Positions 11,457-24,159 of a stretch of DNA of 64,000 nucleotides are shown here, one piece after another. The notes below the pieces were generated by a model. That model did not search any database, was not told where the DNA came from, and was given only the letters and a program-made list of their open reading frames with translations. Origin of the DNA: Auanema rhodensis (Eukaryota > Animalia > Nematoda); contig OZ059897.1 in assembly GCA_964057225.1 (NCBI GenBank), positions 15,686,001 to 15,750,000 of the forward strand. Reading direction: 5' to 3'. How positions within the stretch are numbered: the stretch's first letter is position 1; every line of letters begins with the position of its first letter. Position numbers and translations under genes: made by a program.

Positions 11457-14400
11457 ATGGAACGATTTGCCTTTTTCGAATGCCTTCTTAGAAGCGTCGA
11501 AGAAGATGAATCCCCCAATATTAAGAAAGCCGGTACTTTTGCCATGACTATTACGTTAATTAAAGTTTTGCTTTCAGGCACTAAATTTGAAAATACTGTT
11601 GCCAGTGTTTTACCTCATCATCCTAGTGTTCGTTCCGCTCAAACAGAAAAGTCTCTTACTTCGAATAAGTTCAAAAATGAATACCAGAAGTTTGTACTCT
11701 GTTCTGCTCTCTTAATATTCGGTTATTTTCAGATTTTATTCTGATCTTGTGGGTTCTGTTCAAAATAAAAGCCTAATAGTAAGGCACAAACTATGTTCTG
11801 CACTATATACTTTGGAGAATATTGTACGCCTTATAGGTATGACTAATAAACAATAGCTTGTATATGGAGTAATTTAGATAAAAGAAAAATATATTATCGT
11901 TGTTTATTAGCGTTTAATATATTTAAAGATTCTAATGGTACTTTAACATCAAGCCATATCGAATTAAGTAAGGAATCTTTGTTTTCAAATGATTCAAGTT
12001 ATAGTAATAATGCGCTACAAATGATATTAGACGGTTTGCTCTTTTTTTATTTTTTGAAGTTTATATAGTTCTCATTTAGCTGTTGTACTTATCCGAGATA
12101 CCGTGGGATTAAAAAATCTTCAAGATGCTTTTGCTCCTGCATGGGATGCGATTAGAAAGCTGAAAAACCCTGCCGATAAAGACATGGTAATAACAGGGTC
12201 CATTCTTGCTGAACCTTACAGGTACCACAGTTTTTCAATAACTCTGTACTGCCTGTTATATCAGTTACACACCTACTATGATGATGTCTCGTGTTTTTAC
12301 TGCTCTTGCTCATCAGTATGAATGTGCAGCCTCGGATTTGACAATTTTCAAAGATAAACCAAAGTAAAACTGCATTATATTATATCTCATATGTTACTGA
12401 TTTAGAACTGTGGTGATTAACGAGATAGAATCAAAATCGACTGAATTGAATTCATCACAAGAAATTGGTTTTAACGACCCTGGCCCTTCAACTTCTTACA
12501 CAACTACGAATGCCCTCGATGATGTAAATTTATTGAAACTATTTTTTTATAAGTCATTTCAAAAATAACTTAGGCTCTTAATGCTCAAGGAATGAATTGT
12601 TTGAAACTTCTCTCTTCGTTGAAGCAGGCTTTTCCAGACACATATGAAGAAGTAGCAAAATATCTATTTCAATTAATTGAGTCGACTAAGTCCAATGCCG
12701 AACTGCAGGAAGAAGTGTGTTTAATCCTTTAGAAATGTATTGACACTATTAATATTTTCTATATTATAGGTCACAAACTTGTTAGGATTTGATCTCATCG
12801 AGTTGGCAATTTCTATTCTAGAAACTCGAGAGGACCTCTCAGCCGAAATTAAACGTAATAGACAAAAACCAGTAGATATAAATAGATTTGATCAATCATT
12901 ACAAGTGAGTTTTCTAATGTTTTATGCAATACGTATTCCGCATAGTTTCAAAATAGCACAGTTGATTGATATGATCACTATACCCATTGTAACATAATCA
13001 TAACCTCCCTTGAAGCATCTTTCTTGGCAAATATATAACTCTGAAGCCTGAAATGACTAGTATGCATACTTATCAATATTCATGCAAAATTCACTGTTTT
13101 GGCTTTTTCAATACTTTGTTCGCTACACCCGATAACTGTACGAAAGTTCTGAAAGCATTTGTATATCAAAGTATGATAAGATCCTCAACACCTGTAACTT
13201 CTTTCGCCAAATATGAGAAGAAATGTAACTGAATGGGAATTCAGAGTAGTTATTCGGTACTAAGGAACAAGATGTTTTATAGCCTTCTCCTAAATGTTGA
13301 TAAATATCCCTAAAATAACGTAAATATATTTAATTTTACCTGTCCAAATACAACTATTTGTACTGTTAATAAGATCTGTATTCAATAAAAACCCTGAAAA
13401 CGTATCGTCCTCACATAGTTCTTCTCGTATTGTCAGAAGTGTAGCGTTTTCTGAACTTTTACTAAACAAAAACTTATAGAATTGGTTTTTTTATATGGAA
13501 TCAATGTACCTTATGTATACATATACGCTGTTGCTTAATTCTGTTAATGCCGCCAATGTTACAGCCGCATTTTTCATTTTTACCCATTTTAAGCTTCTGC
13601 ATTTTCACTTATAGTTTTAAAATGTTCAACTTCTCACACTTCCTTCAAACAAAAAATTCCCTTGCCACAATGAACATTTGAAATAGAACTTGCTTGTAAA
13701 CCTACTGTTAATAACATTATTAATATAACCGCTTTCATGTTCTACAATTTCTCAAATGAAACAAACACAGTAGTTGTATGCTAATTAGTCCGATTTTGAA
13801 AATAATCTCTTTTCAGCTTGATCCTGTACGTAACAATGGTCCGGTATATTGTCAGCAGGTGACTGTTCAAACTAAAAGAGAAGTAGAAATTCGAAAAGAA
13901 ATGAAACGAGAACAGAAACGAATGAAGAAGGAATGGTCAAGGTATGGTGCTATTGATGTTTAGATCTTGAACTCATATTTTAGGATTCAAAATGCTTTCG
14001 GAGATGAAGAAAAATTAGAATTAGAGCTAGCACAAAAGGAGATGGAGAGAGAAAGGTAACCTTTTTGTTGATAATAGCTTAGTATATATTCTGTAGACAA
14101 CTCGAAATTGATCGACTAAAATGGACACCAACTTTGCGATCAGGACAAGTTCGAGAAACTTATCCTTTTGTCTTTGATGCTCGTTTCGAAAGTGGTTTCG
14201 CAGCGGGACTCAACAAGGTACACGGATTTTCCTATTTTGTGTTCATGCTTTTTTTCTTAGTCTTTTCTACCAGAAGGCTCGTTTCAAGAGGTTTATAATA
14301 GTCATGATCTTGTTGTTGTGCCAGCTGTAAAAAAAACGCCTGTAGGTATGGACAATGTGTATATAAACCAGTTAGATGAGGTGTGACAAAGTCGATATTT

Positions 14401-17400
14401 CAAGGCAACAGCTAATCTTTTAAGATTGGGCAATTAGGATTCAAGGGTTTTGAAAAGCTTAATATTATACAGTCTATTGTCTTCGAACAAGCATATAAAA
14501 CAAAAGAAAATTTACTTATTTGTGCTCCAACGGGAGCAGGTATTACTAGCTAGTAAGTTATAGAAAATTAATATGTTTTTTTTTCAGGTAAGACAAATAT
14601 TGCTATGCTGACTATACTAAATATCGTTCATCAATACTTAAAACCTAATGGGGACATAGCTAAAGACGACTTCAAAGTTATTTTTCTTTATAATAATTTT
14701 TAATTTTTACAAGTGTTTTAGATAATTTATATAGCTCCAATGAAAGCATTGGCTACAGAAATGACAGAAAGTTTTGGAAAACGATTAGCTCCTTTGGGTC
14801 TTACTGTCAAAGAATTGACTGGAGATACCCAACTGTCTAAAAAAGAAATAAGTGAAACTCAGGTTTTTGGCATACAACATTTTGCAATACTTTGAGCATT
14901 TAGATGCTTGTTGTCACTCCTGAAAAATGGGATGTTGTCACAAGAAAAGGTACAGCAGATAATTCTTTGGCTTGTCTTGTGCGTTTGCTCATCATTGACG
15001 AGGTCTTCAGATATATATATATATATAATTTTATCAATAATATCCATTAGGTTCATTTACTTCAAGATGACCGTGGTCCAGTTATTGAGACCATAGTGTC
15101 TCGAACTCTTCGACAGGTTGAGATGTCTCAATCTGGTATCAGAATTTTGGGTTTATCTGCTACGCTTCCTAATTATGTTGATGTTGCAAAATTTTTGCGA
15201 GTAAATCCATATAAAGGACTCTTCTTCTTTGACGAAAGATTCAGGCCAGTGCCTTTGAATCAACGGTAAGCTATATAAACTTTTTCGTTTAATGATTATG
15301 TGCCAGGTTCATTGGTGTCAAAAAAGCAGGTGGCACTCAGAAAGAGGTTCAAGAGATGATGGACGAGCTTTGCTATGAAGAAGTTCGCCATCATGTTAAA
15401 GATGGTAACCAAGTTTTGGTATATACCGTTTTCTATTTCAACAGATTTGAATGATTATTCTTCCAGGTATTTGTTCATGCGCGTAACGCTACAAGAAGAG
15501 TTGCTCTAGATATTGTTCAACGAGCGGCACGATTGGTATATTAAAACATTTTTTCTTTCTTCAATTCTTATCTGCAGGGACATCGCGACATATTTCTGCC
15601 TCCTACGTTGGACACAGCTGAATACGGAAGAACAATAAAATCTGTAAGATTTTTAATATCTTATGAATATTTCAAACTGTTTTAGCTTCAATCTCGCAAT
15701 GGCCAACTTCTTGAAGTTGTTCAGCATGGACTTGGTGTTCATCATGCAGGATTATTGAGAAAAGACAGATTGACAATGGAAAAAATGTTTGCTAATGGAC
15801 ATTTAACGGTACATTTCCATAGTTCTTTTATGATTCCAATGTTTTGTTCTAGGTTCTTGTTTGTACATCCACTCTTGCGTGGGGAGTTAATCTTCCAGCT
15901 CATGCAGTTATCATTAGGGTTGAATTATAGCAATAGAAGATTCATATATTAATTATTGTTTCAGGGAACAGATGTTTTTGATGCTGAAAAGGGACAGTTC
16001 AGCAATTTAGGTGTATTAGATGTACAGCAAATATTTGGTCGAGCAGGTCGTCCTCAATTTCAAACTGAAGGGCATGGTATTATTTTTTTACATAAAAAAT
16101 GCTCATATAAAAAAGACAATATTTTAAGGTACAATTATAACACATCACGCTAAAATGGGAATTTATTTGGGAATGCTAACCAGAAAAGATCCTATTGAAA
16201 GTCAATTTCATAAGCGTTTGCATGATAATCTTAATGCTGAAATTGCTTTGGGTACTGTATCTAACGTAGATGAAGCTGTTGAGTGGTTGACGTATTCTTA
16301 TTATTATACAAGAATTTTGATCAACCCTGTCAGCTATGGGCTTTCCTACAAGGAACTCGAACAGGTAATATCAAAATCTTCTTTATTATTTGAGTTGCTC
16401 TTTAAGGATCCGGATCTGTACAATCATTTACGAAAGATGATAACCACTGTTGCCACAAAGCTGGATGACTTACAGATGATTCGATATGATGGATTGTAAT
16501 AATTTATATTATATTGAAATATTAATTTTATTATTGATCAGGAATGGATTTTTAAATTCCACAGACCTAGGAAGAATAGCATCAGATTTTTACATTAAGT
16601 ATGAAACAATAGAATTGCTTGAAAATCCAGGTACTTTCCTTTAAAATACTTTATTTATTATTTCTATCTAGAAGGTGGAATGAAGTTTGGCCAATTTATG
16701 CCAGATGATATGATTCTAGGAGTTATATCAACTGCTAAAGAGTTCAGTCAAATCAAGGTTTTTCTTAGATGTTATAATATAATTAAAATACATCTTTCTC
16801 AACTAGGTTCGAGATGATGAGTATACAGATCTGGAAGAACTCACTAATTTTGCTTGTATGCTTCCAATTAAATCTGGTGGCCTCGCTAGTACTCCTGGGA
16901 AAATAAACGTTCTTCTGCAGGTATAAAAATATTTTTATTCCAAATATTATATTTTGTAACGTTTTGTTATAGGCATTAATATCGAAATATTTTGTCAAAA
17001 GTTTTTCATTGGCATCGGAATGCTTGTATGTGTCACAAAATGCTGGAAGACTCTGCCGGTATTATCTAAATTATAGTTTTTTTCCACGCTGTACTTTAAG
17101 AGCACTTTTTGAAATAACTCTACGCAAAGGTTGGGCTCAAGCTACTAATGCATGCTTGACTATGTCTAAATGTATCGAGAAGAAAATATGGAGACATCAA
17201 TCCTGCTTGAGGTACAATGTCTGTTTTACCATATTTCTATAATTATTCTATTTATAAGGCAATTACCCGAATTGGTACAAACATCTTTGATCGAAAAAAT
17301 CGAGAGACGAAATTTATCTGAAGATCAGCTTTTAGGCTTAACTCCGAAAGAATTAGGTTTATATTGAGGATAACATGAATTAATTATATCTTTATTTGGA

Positions 17401-20400
17401 CAGAAACAATGTTCCGTTGTGATGGGGAAAAAATCCATGAAGCTCTACATTCTTTGCCCAGAGTTGATATCGAAGCAACCATTAAACCTATAACTTAGTA
17501 AGATAATTTTTTGATTAACAAAGATATATACTTTTTTCAGCACCATTGTGCAAGTTGATGCTTGGATTTATCCTGCATTTAAATGGAATGATAGAATATA
17601 TGGAAAAACAGGTGTTCAATCATTTCTACTTTTATTGGAAAACATTAATGAGAATCTTATTGTGCACAACGAAAAAATTCTTCTTAATAAGAAAAAGGTA
17701 ATTCTTATTCCTTTTTAATTTTCTTAAATCTGCTCTTCTTTTAAGGTTCTCTCAGAGGAGCCTCTGCACATAGTATTCACAATTCCCGTTCGAGACCATG
17801 AACTGACTAATGTTTTTCAACTCCGAGTGTGCAGTGATTATTATATTGTGGACGATACTGTTGTGCCTCTCTCTTTGCATAATTGCGTGCTACCTAAATC
17901 TATCAAATCCCATACAGGTTTAAATCATTTCGAATTTATTATATAAATACTTTTTTTTCAGACTTACTGGATTTGGATCCATTGCCAGTTACCACTTTGC
18001 AAAATCCTTTGTTCCAATCAATTTATAATTATTCATATTTTAACCCAATCCAAACGCAGGTTTGTAATGCTGCTGAATGAATACTTTACATTTTGTTCAG
18101 GTGTTTCATTGTCTTTATAAGACCGATGAATCAGCTTTGATTGGAGCCCCTACAGGTTCCGGAAAAACTTGTTGTGCCGAACTCACTATATTCAGACTGC
18201 TACAAGCACATCCAGATAAAAAGGTACATTAACTCTAGTATATTTTCACAACAATTAGTTAAGTGTGTCTATATTGCCCCACTGAAAGCCTTAGTTCGTG
18301 AACGTGTTCAAGATTGGAAAGAGAAATTCGAAAATAACATGGGATATAAGTTCGGACATTGCGTGATACAGTTTCTTCTTATGCTTTTTTTAGAGTAAGT
18401 GAGGTATCTGGTGATTTCACTCCCGATTCCGCTACTTTATCAGCTGCCTCCATACTTATAACAACCCCTGAAAAATGGGATGGTATCACTAGGTTTGCTT
18501 TCGTCGTTTGTAATTCAGAGTTAAACAACTATTTTCCAGAAGTTGGACGACTCGTGAATATGTAAGAAAAGTGGGTTTAATCGTTATCGATGAAATTCAC
18601 TTATTAGGAGTCGATCGTGGTGCTGTATTAGAAGCAATTGTCACCAGGTTTGTTGTAGTATCAACTTATTTTAAAAATAAAATTCCAGGTTAAAATCTGT
18701 TACTAAAAAATCTTATCAGCGTGATACACCAGCTCGGTTGGTAGGCTTGTCAACTGCTTTAGCAAATGCTGGAGATATTGCCGAATGGTTGGGAATCAAA
18801 GATGTAAATGAAAATATTGATTTATTTGAAAATAATTTTTTTTAGGCAGGGTTATTTAATTTCCGTCCATCTGTTCGTCCAGTTCCTATCAATGTCCATA
18901 TTCAAGGTTTTCCTGGACAGCATTACTGTCCTCGAATGGCATTAATGAATAAGCCAGCTTTCAATGGTAAACCACTTCATATTTCTGCGCTAATATCAGC
19001 TGTTCAGCTATCACTACTTATTCTCCATTTAAGCCGGTTCTGGTTTTTGTAGCATCAAGACGACAAACTCGATTAACAGCAATGGCATTTATCTCTCACT
19101 TAGTTGCCCAAGGAAATCCGAAACAATGGCTTCACATAGAAGAAGACGAGGTTCATCAAGAAATAAAGTTTTCTTATGTTGAATTATTCAGCTTGAAATG
19201 CACCTTCTTTCTATAAAAGACGAAAATTTGAAACTGACTTTACAATTTGGAATAGGGATGCATCATGCAGGGTTGGCGCCGGCTGAACGTAGTGTTGTTG
19301 AACAGGTATAGTTTATTTTTCTTGATAATATAATCATAATAGTACTTGTTTTCAGTTATTTACGGAAAAAAAAATCCAAGTTCTTATTGCGACTTCTACG
19401 CTTGCTTGGGGTATTAATATGCCAGCTCATTTGGTAATTGTTAAGGGAACAGAATTCTTCGATGGGAAACTATGTAAATACGTAGATTTTCCAGTTACAG
19501 GTGTGATTATGTTCGAATACAATTAAACTGGATTTTATTACAGATGTGCTGCAAATGATGGGAAGAGCAGGTCGACCTCAATATGACGATTCTGCTGTTG
19601 CAGTTATTTATGTGCACGATATCAAAAAAGTTTTTTACAAACGTTTCTTGTACGAGCCATTCCCTGTTGAATCCAGGTATAACAAAAAAATACAAAAATA
19701 ATTTATAAAGATACATCGTAAACTAATTCAGTATGTTACCTGTGTTAGCTAATCATGTTAATGCCGAAATCAATTCGGGAACAATATCAAGTAAACAAGG
19801 TGTCATGGAATATATATCCGAAACATACTTGTACAGAAGACTTTTTGCAAATCCTAAGTAAGAAAATCGTGTAATACTTTTGTTAAACGTTGCTTCAGCT
19901 TTTATGGATTGGAAGAACCTAGCGAAACGTCTTTAATCACATTCCTCACAAATATCGTTGATCAAGTTGTGAAAGATCTCTTGGAATCTAAATGTATTAT
20001 CATTGACGAGGTAATACGAAATTATTCTCCAGTAACAAATATTATCTTTTCAGGAGCAAGGAAGTATCACATCTTCACCGTATGGTCGATTGGCATCGAT
20101 TTATTATCTTCGGCACGAAACTATTCGTTATTTATTAGATAAATTGAATGAGAATTCAACTATTGAAGATACACTCTTGATACTATCACATACTCCTGAA
20201 TATTCTGAGATTCCACTAAGACATAATGAAGACTTGGAAAATGCGTAAGTATTTTATTCTTCTTTTTATTAACCAATTTATTTATTATATAGACAGCTAC
20301 AAAGAAAAATGAGAATTCGATTTCCTACCAGTGCAATGGATTCGTCAAATACAAAAGCCCACCTTCTTTTCCAGGTTTCGTTTTTATGTATGTGTTTTTA

Positions 20401-21414
20401 ATAAACGTTATTTCAGGCCCAGTTCTCTCGTGTTACAATACCATGCGATTATCGGACTGATCAGAAAAGCGTATTAGATCAGTGCGTTCGTATTATACAA
20501 GTAAGTCAGTAATAAGCAGAACAACTTATTTCATAAATTCAGGCAATGAGAGATATTTGTACTTTGAATGGATGGGCTTCTACAACCATGGCTTGCACAA
20601 TTCTACAACAAATGTGTCATTCTGGAAGATGGTACGATGATCATCCACTTTCAGTTTTACCAATACTGAGTATTGATGAGTGCATACATCTAGGGTTTGT
20701 ATATTATTTGTTTCTGTTTTGCTAATATCATATCTAGCAAGGACATGACTATACCTATGTTACAAGATAAATTACGTATTGAAAATGCTAAAGACTTTCA
20801 AGACGTTCTTCGAAATGCTCGTAAAAGTTTCTCTGACCTCTCACTCTCCAAAGAACAATTGGAAAAGGTATTTTATTGAAATGTTAAGCGTCTATTCGGA
20901 ATTTGTCAGGTTGTTCATTATCTTTTGGATACTCCTATTTTGAACGTCAAAAAGTTCGAAATTTATTCCAACGAAAACTGTTTCATTGTTCCTTTGGCTT
21001 CTGCGTTTAGTACCAAGCTGCATGCTTCATCCACTTGTAAACTAATTATGCATATTGACAAGCTTGGACCTGGAAAGGTTAGACATACAGGAAAATTATT
21101 GTTAACATAAACATTTAAGTCGAATGTTAATGCAAATTTACCTTTATGGACAAAGGAAAAAACGGCAGGCTGGATAGTTACGGTGTCAGACCTACACTCT
21201 AGAAAACTATTATGCACATCTCATATTACTCCAATTAAAGATTTCAAGGCTGTGAGAGTACTTATTCCTACTCCCTCTATAAGGTGAAATATACTTTGGA
21301 CTATGATTCTAATTTTCAAGTTTCAGGGGTAAAACAACTTGGGTTGTTACTCTAGCATCAGATTGCTATCTAGGAATAGATCAAGAGTTCAATATACATA
21401 TCGAAATAGTCTAA
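11457..21414 (+). CDS. ASCC3: Activating signal cointegrator 1 complex subunit 3 (ASCC3), Ski2/Brr2-like tandem-cassette helicase, many short introns
   Basis: Spliced exons give two helicase cassettes: CAPTGAGKT / YIAPMKALA / TPEKWD / [11 protein letters not shown] / [11 protein letters not shown], and GAPTGSGKT / [11 protein letters not shown] / [12 protein letters not shown]. Sec63-like segments are present. The [16 protein letters not shown] segment is ASCC3-type rather than Brr2. Ends [20 protein letters not shown] at 21414. The N-terminal exons are less certain. Confidence 0.95.
12922..13738 (-). CDS. Nested antisense gene in an ASCC3 intron: 195-aa signal-peptide, Cys-containing, C-terminally anchored protein (possibly SPE-12-like)
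   Basis: Six exons (13738-13638, 13596-13510, 13461-13340, 13289-13192, 13148-13095, 13047-12922) and five GT-AG introns of 41, 48, 50, 43 and 47 nt. All phases are compatible, giving 588 nt with no internal stop. TTGTAG acceptor lies 3 nt before the ATG. Confidence 0.9.
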
Positions 21415-21735
21415 ATTACGGTTTACTGTTATGTGATTATTATTAATAATAAGATGGTTAGAGTATATATATTATCATATTATACCAAATTTTTGATAAA
21501 ATATTATCGTATGTCTCTTGTTATCTATGAAAAACATATTACGTTTATTGTTTTTTTGAAATTAACAATAACATAACGAAAATAAAAAATATTATATATA
21601 TTAACAGCGGTGAACATCTAAAAAGGTAACAATTGGTTCAACGAAAAAAACTATCAAGTAACAGGGGAAAGACGAACACAGGGAACTGAAATCATGCTGA
21701 AGTGAACACAGAAGTCAACAAAGGTTGTTGATTAT

Positions 21736-23088
21736 CTAAAAACTCTCTAACTCATTTTTATCACTTGCTATCATGACCCACTCATTTTCGTCTCCAGCAC
21801 GGTCAGCTTTCCTGATGTTATCCTACAATACATATTGAAGTACTGAGGACAGCATGGGGTATCTATTTACTAACTAGATGGGGAATGACGACATCCTGGG
21901 AAACCATAACAGATGCTCTAGCAGCAGACTGAAAATATAAGTGAAAATAAAACGAATTATAAGGCTTTGAAACCTTCATTTGTTTGATTTCTTCAGTCCA
22001 GTCTTCTTCAGCAATTCTTCCTACAGACCAGATAAAGAGTTTCTTTGCTTTTTCAGAATTCTGTTTAAAAGTCTCCATAACTTGTTCCACAGATACCTTA
22101 ACACATATTCATTAAAAGGAAATATAATAATTAGCCTACGTGCTCCCCCTCTTTCCAGCAATCATAATCAGTTACAAGAGCAACTGAAACATATGGAATT
22201 CCAAGCTCTTTAGCAAGAGCACACTAAGATATCTAATTAATACAACATAAAATTTTAATTATTCACTTCAGGCATCATTGTCATGTTAACCAAGCTTGCT
22301 CCATATGAACGAAAAACTTTACTTTCAGCCTTGGTAGAAAAACGAGGTCCTTCGATGCATACACCAAATCCATCAACATGGTGAGCAAATCCTAATTCCT
22401 TAGCACCACTGATCATAAGCTGAACAAAAATGTAAGTTTCTAATTTTTCAAATTTCATTACTTTTCTGAGTTTATTATTATAAACTGGATGCATTTGGAT
22501 ATGACATACTCCTGGGCATTCCGGACGAGTTCCATCAAAAAATGTTGAAACTCTTCCTGATGTTCTGGAATGTGCTCCATATCATATCAATCGACATAAT
22601 TCTCTGTAAAAAAGGGACAGATAAGAACAAACCTATCAAAAACAGAATCGGGGAACACCAAATGACCTGGTTCGATATGTTGTTGAAGAGAACCGCAAGC
22701 AGTAGAAGCAATAATGACCGAAGCCCCTTTATGAAAACTATTATAGGAAATTTTTAAACTCGTTCAAACCTAGTTCCATCAAACCCCAAAGGTTAGCACG
22801 ATAATTTACGTTTCCTGGCATAATTTCATGCTTTTTACCATGGCGAGAAAGTAAAATACAATGAACTCCGCGAATTGTACCTGTATTAACTTCATTTTAT
22901 CTCTATTAACAAGAAAAACATGCCAAGAGTAAATTTGCCACTTGGTTTGCCAAAAGGAGTATTGACTTCAATCTTCAAATAAAGCCACATAAAAAATATT
23001 TAACAACCTGAAATACCTCATGAGGATCCTGAAGAATGTTGGGATCCTCAAGACCTGAGCCACCAATGATTCCTACTTTGAAAACCAT
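21736..23088 (-). CDS. MTAP: S-methyl-5'-thioadenosine phosphorylase (PNP/MTAP family)
   Basis: [71 protein letters not shown]. Stop is at 21736 if the last 52-nt intron is spliced, or at 21863 if it is retained. Confidence 0.95.
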
Positions 23089-24159
23089 CTACAAGGTAAC
23101 TTTTTATATAGGTAAACATAAAGACGAACAGAGAGACTAGTAAGTCAGAAAGTAAAAACCCATAACAAACCGAGGAGAAATGAATGGAAACAGGTTAAAT
23201 CATACTTATAAACAGTACTGATAAGGTTATCTAAGTTTGTAGGTTGCGATACTCAATTGCTACTAATCGTAAAATTTAAAAGAAAACATGTATCATTTGA
23301 AATAAAATTGCAAGTAACTCCTAAGAAACACTTAGAAACAGTACACATGGTATCAAACCAAACGTTTTTCATATCAATCCAATTTATACCCTAATCAATT
23401 TCCATAATAAAATGTATATCGCATAAAAATCACTAAACGTGAAAAAAAATCATTTCATGTGGAATAATTACCACCAACAACAAAGAGCATATATTAAGAT
23501 TTTAATCCCATTTATTACCATCTATGAATTGCAAATAATAATATTTAGCACACTGTCTCACGGGTATGATAATTGTTCGGTAAATCAATCAAAATTCCTT
23601 ATGCCCGAACTTCATATTCTATGGCTATAAAACAAAAACATGTTCAAAAACAAAAATCATAAAAAGTTTCGTAAAATAAAGGAAAGAACAAACGAAATGA
23701 TAGGTTAGTCTGCTCCTCATTACAATTTTAAACAATAGGAGAGCACTTCTTCGCAGGATATTATAAAACGCTCATGAAGTACCAACATATATTGTGGACC
23801 CATTAAGAAGGCAATAGAACTACAACAATCACGTACCTAATCAACAACAAATTATATTTTAAACTAATCAGCTTTGAATCAGCTGGGTTAGGATGATAAC
23901 AGGGATAGATCTACTAAGGAAAATAGAAGCAATAAATAGAATTCTAAAAAATCTTTAAATTATTAGCCGATTGAAAACTCTACTTGTTTTGTGTGAGCAC
24001 CCGACCAAGAAAGGACCAACCCATCATAAGATACACTAAAAATCAACAGAAAGGCGAGCAGATGTTTGAAAGCTTATAAATACTTGTACTCAAACACAAG
24101 CCAAGAATTAGCAAATGGTCATAAATGACTGATTAGATTATATTGAGCAAAATGAAGAA

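Noticed and set aside
23720-23836. Open exon-like block first read as the last eIF4G exon
   Set aside because: eIF4G already terminates at 24160 with a plausible C-terminus; this block falls in 3'UTR/intergenic sequence.
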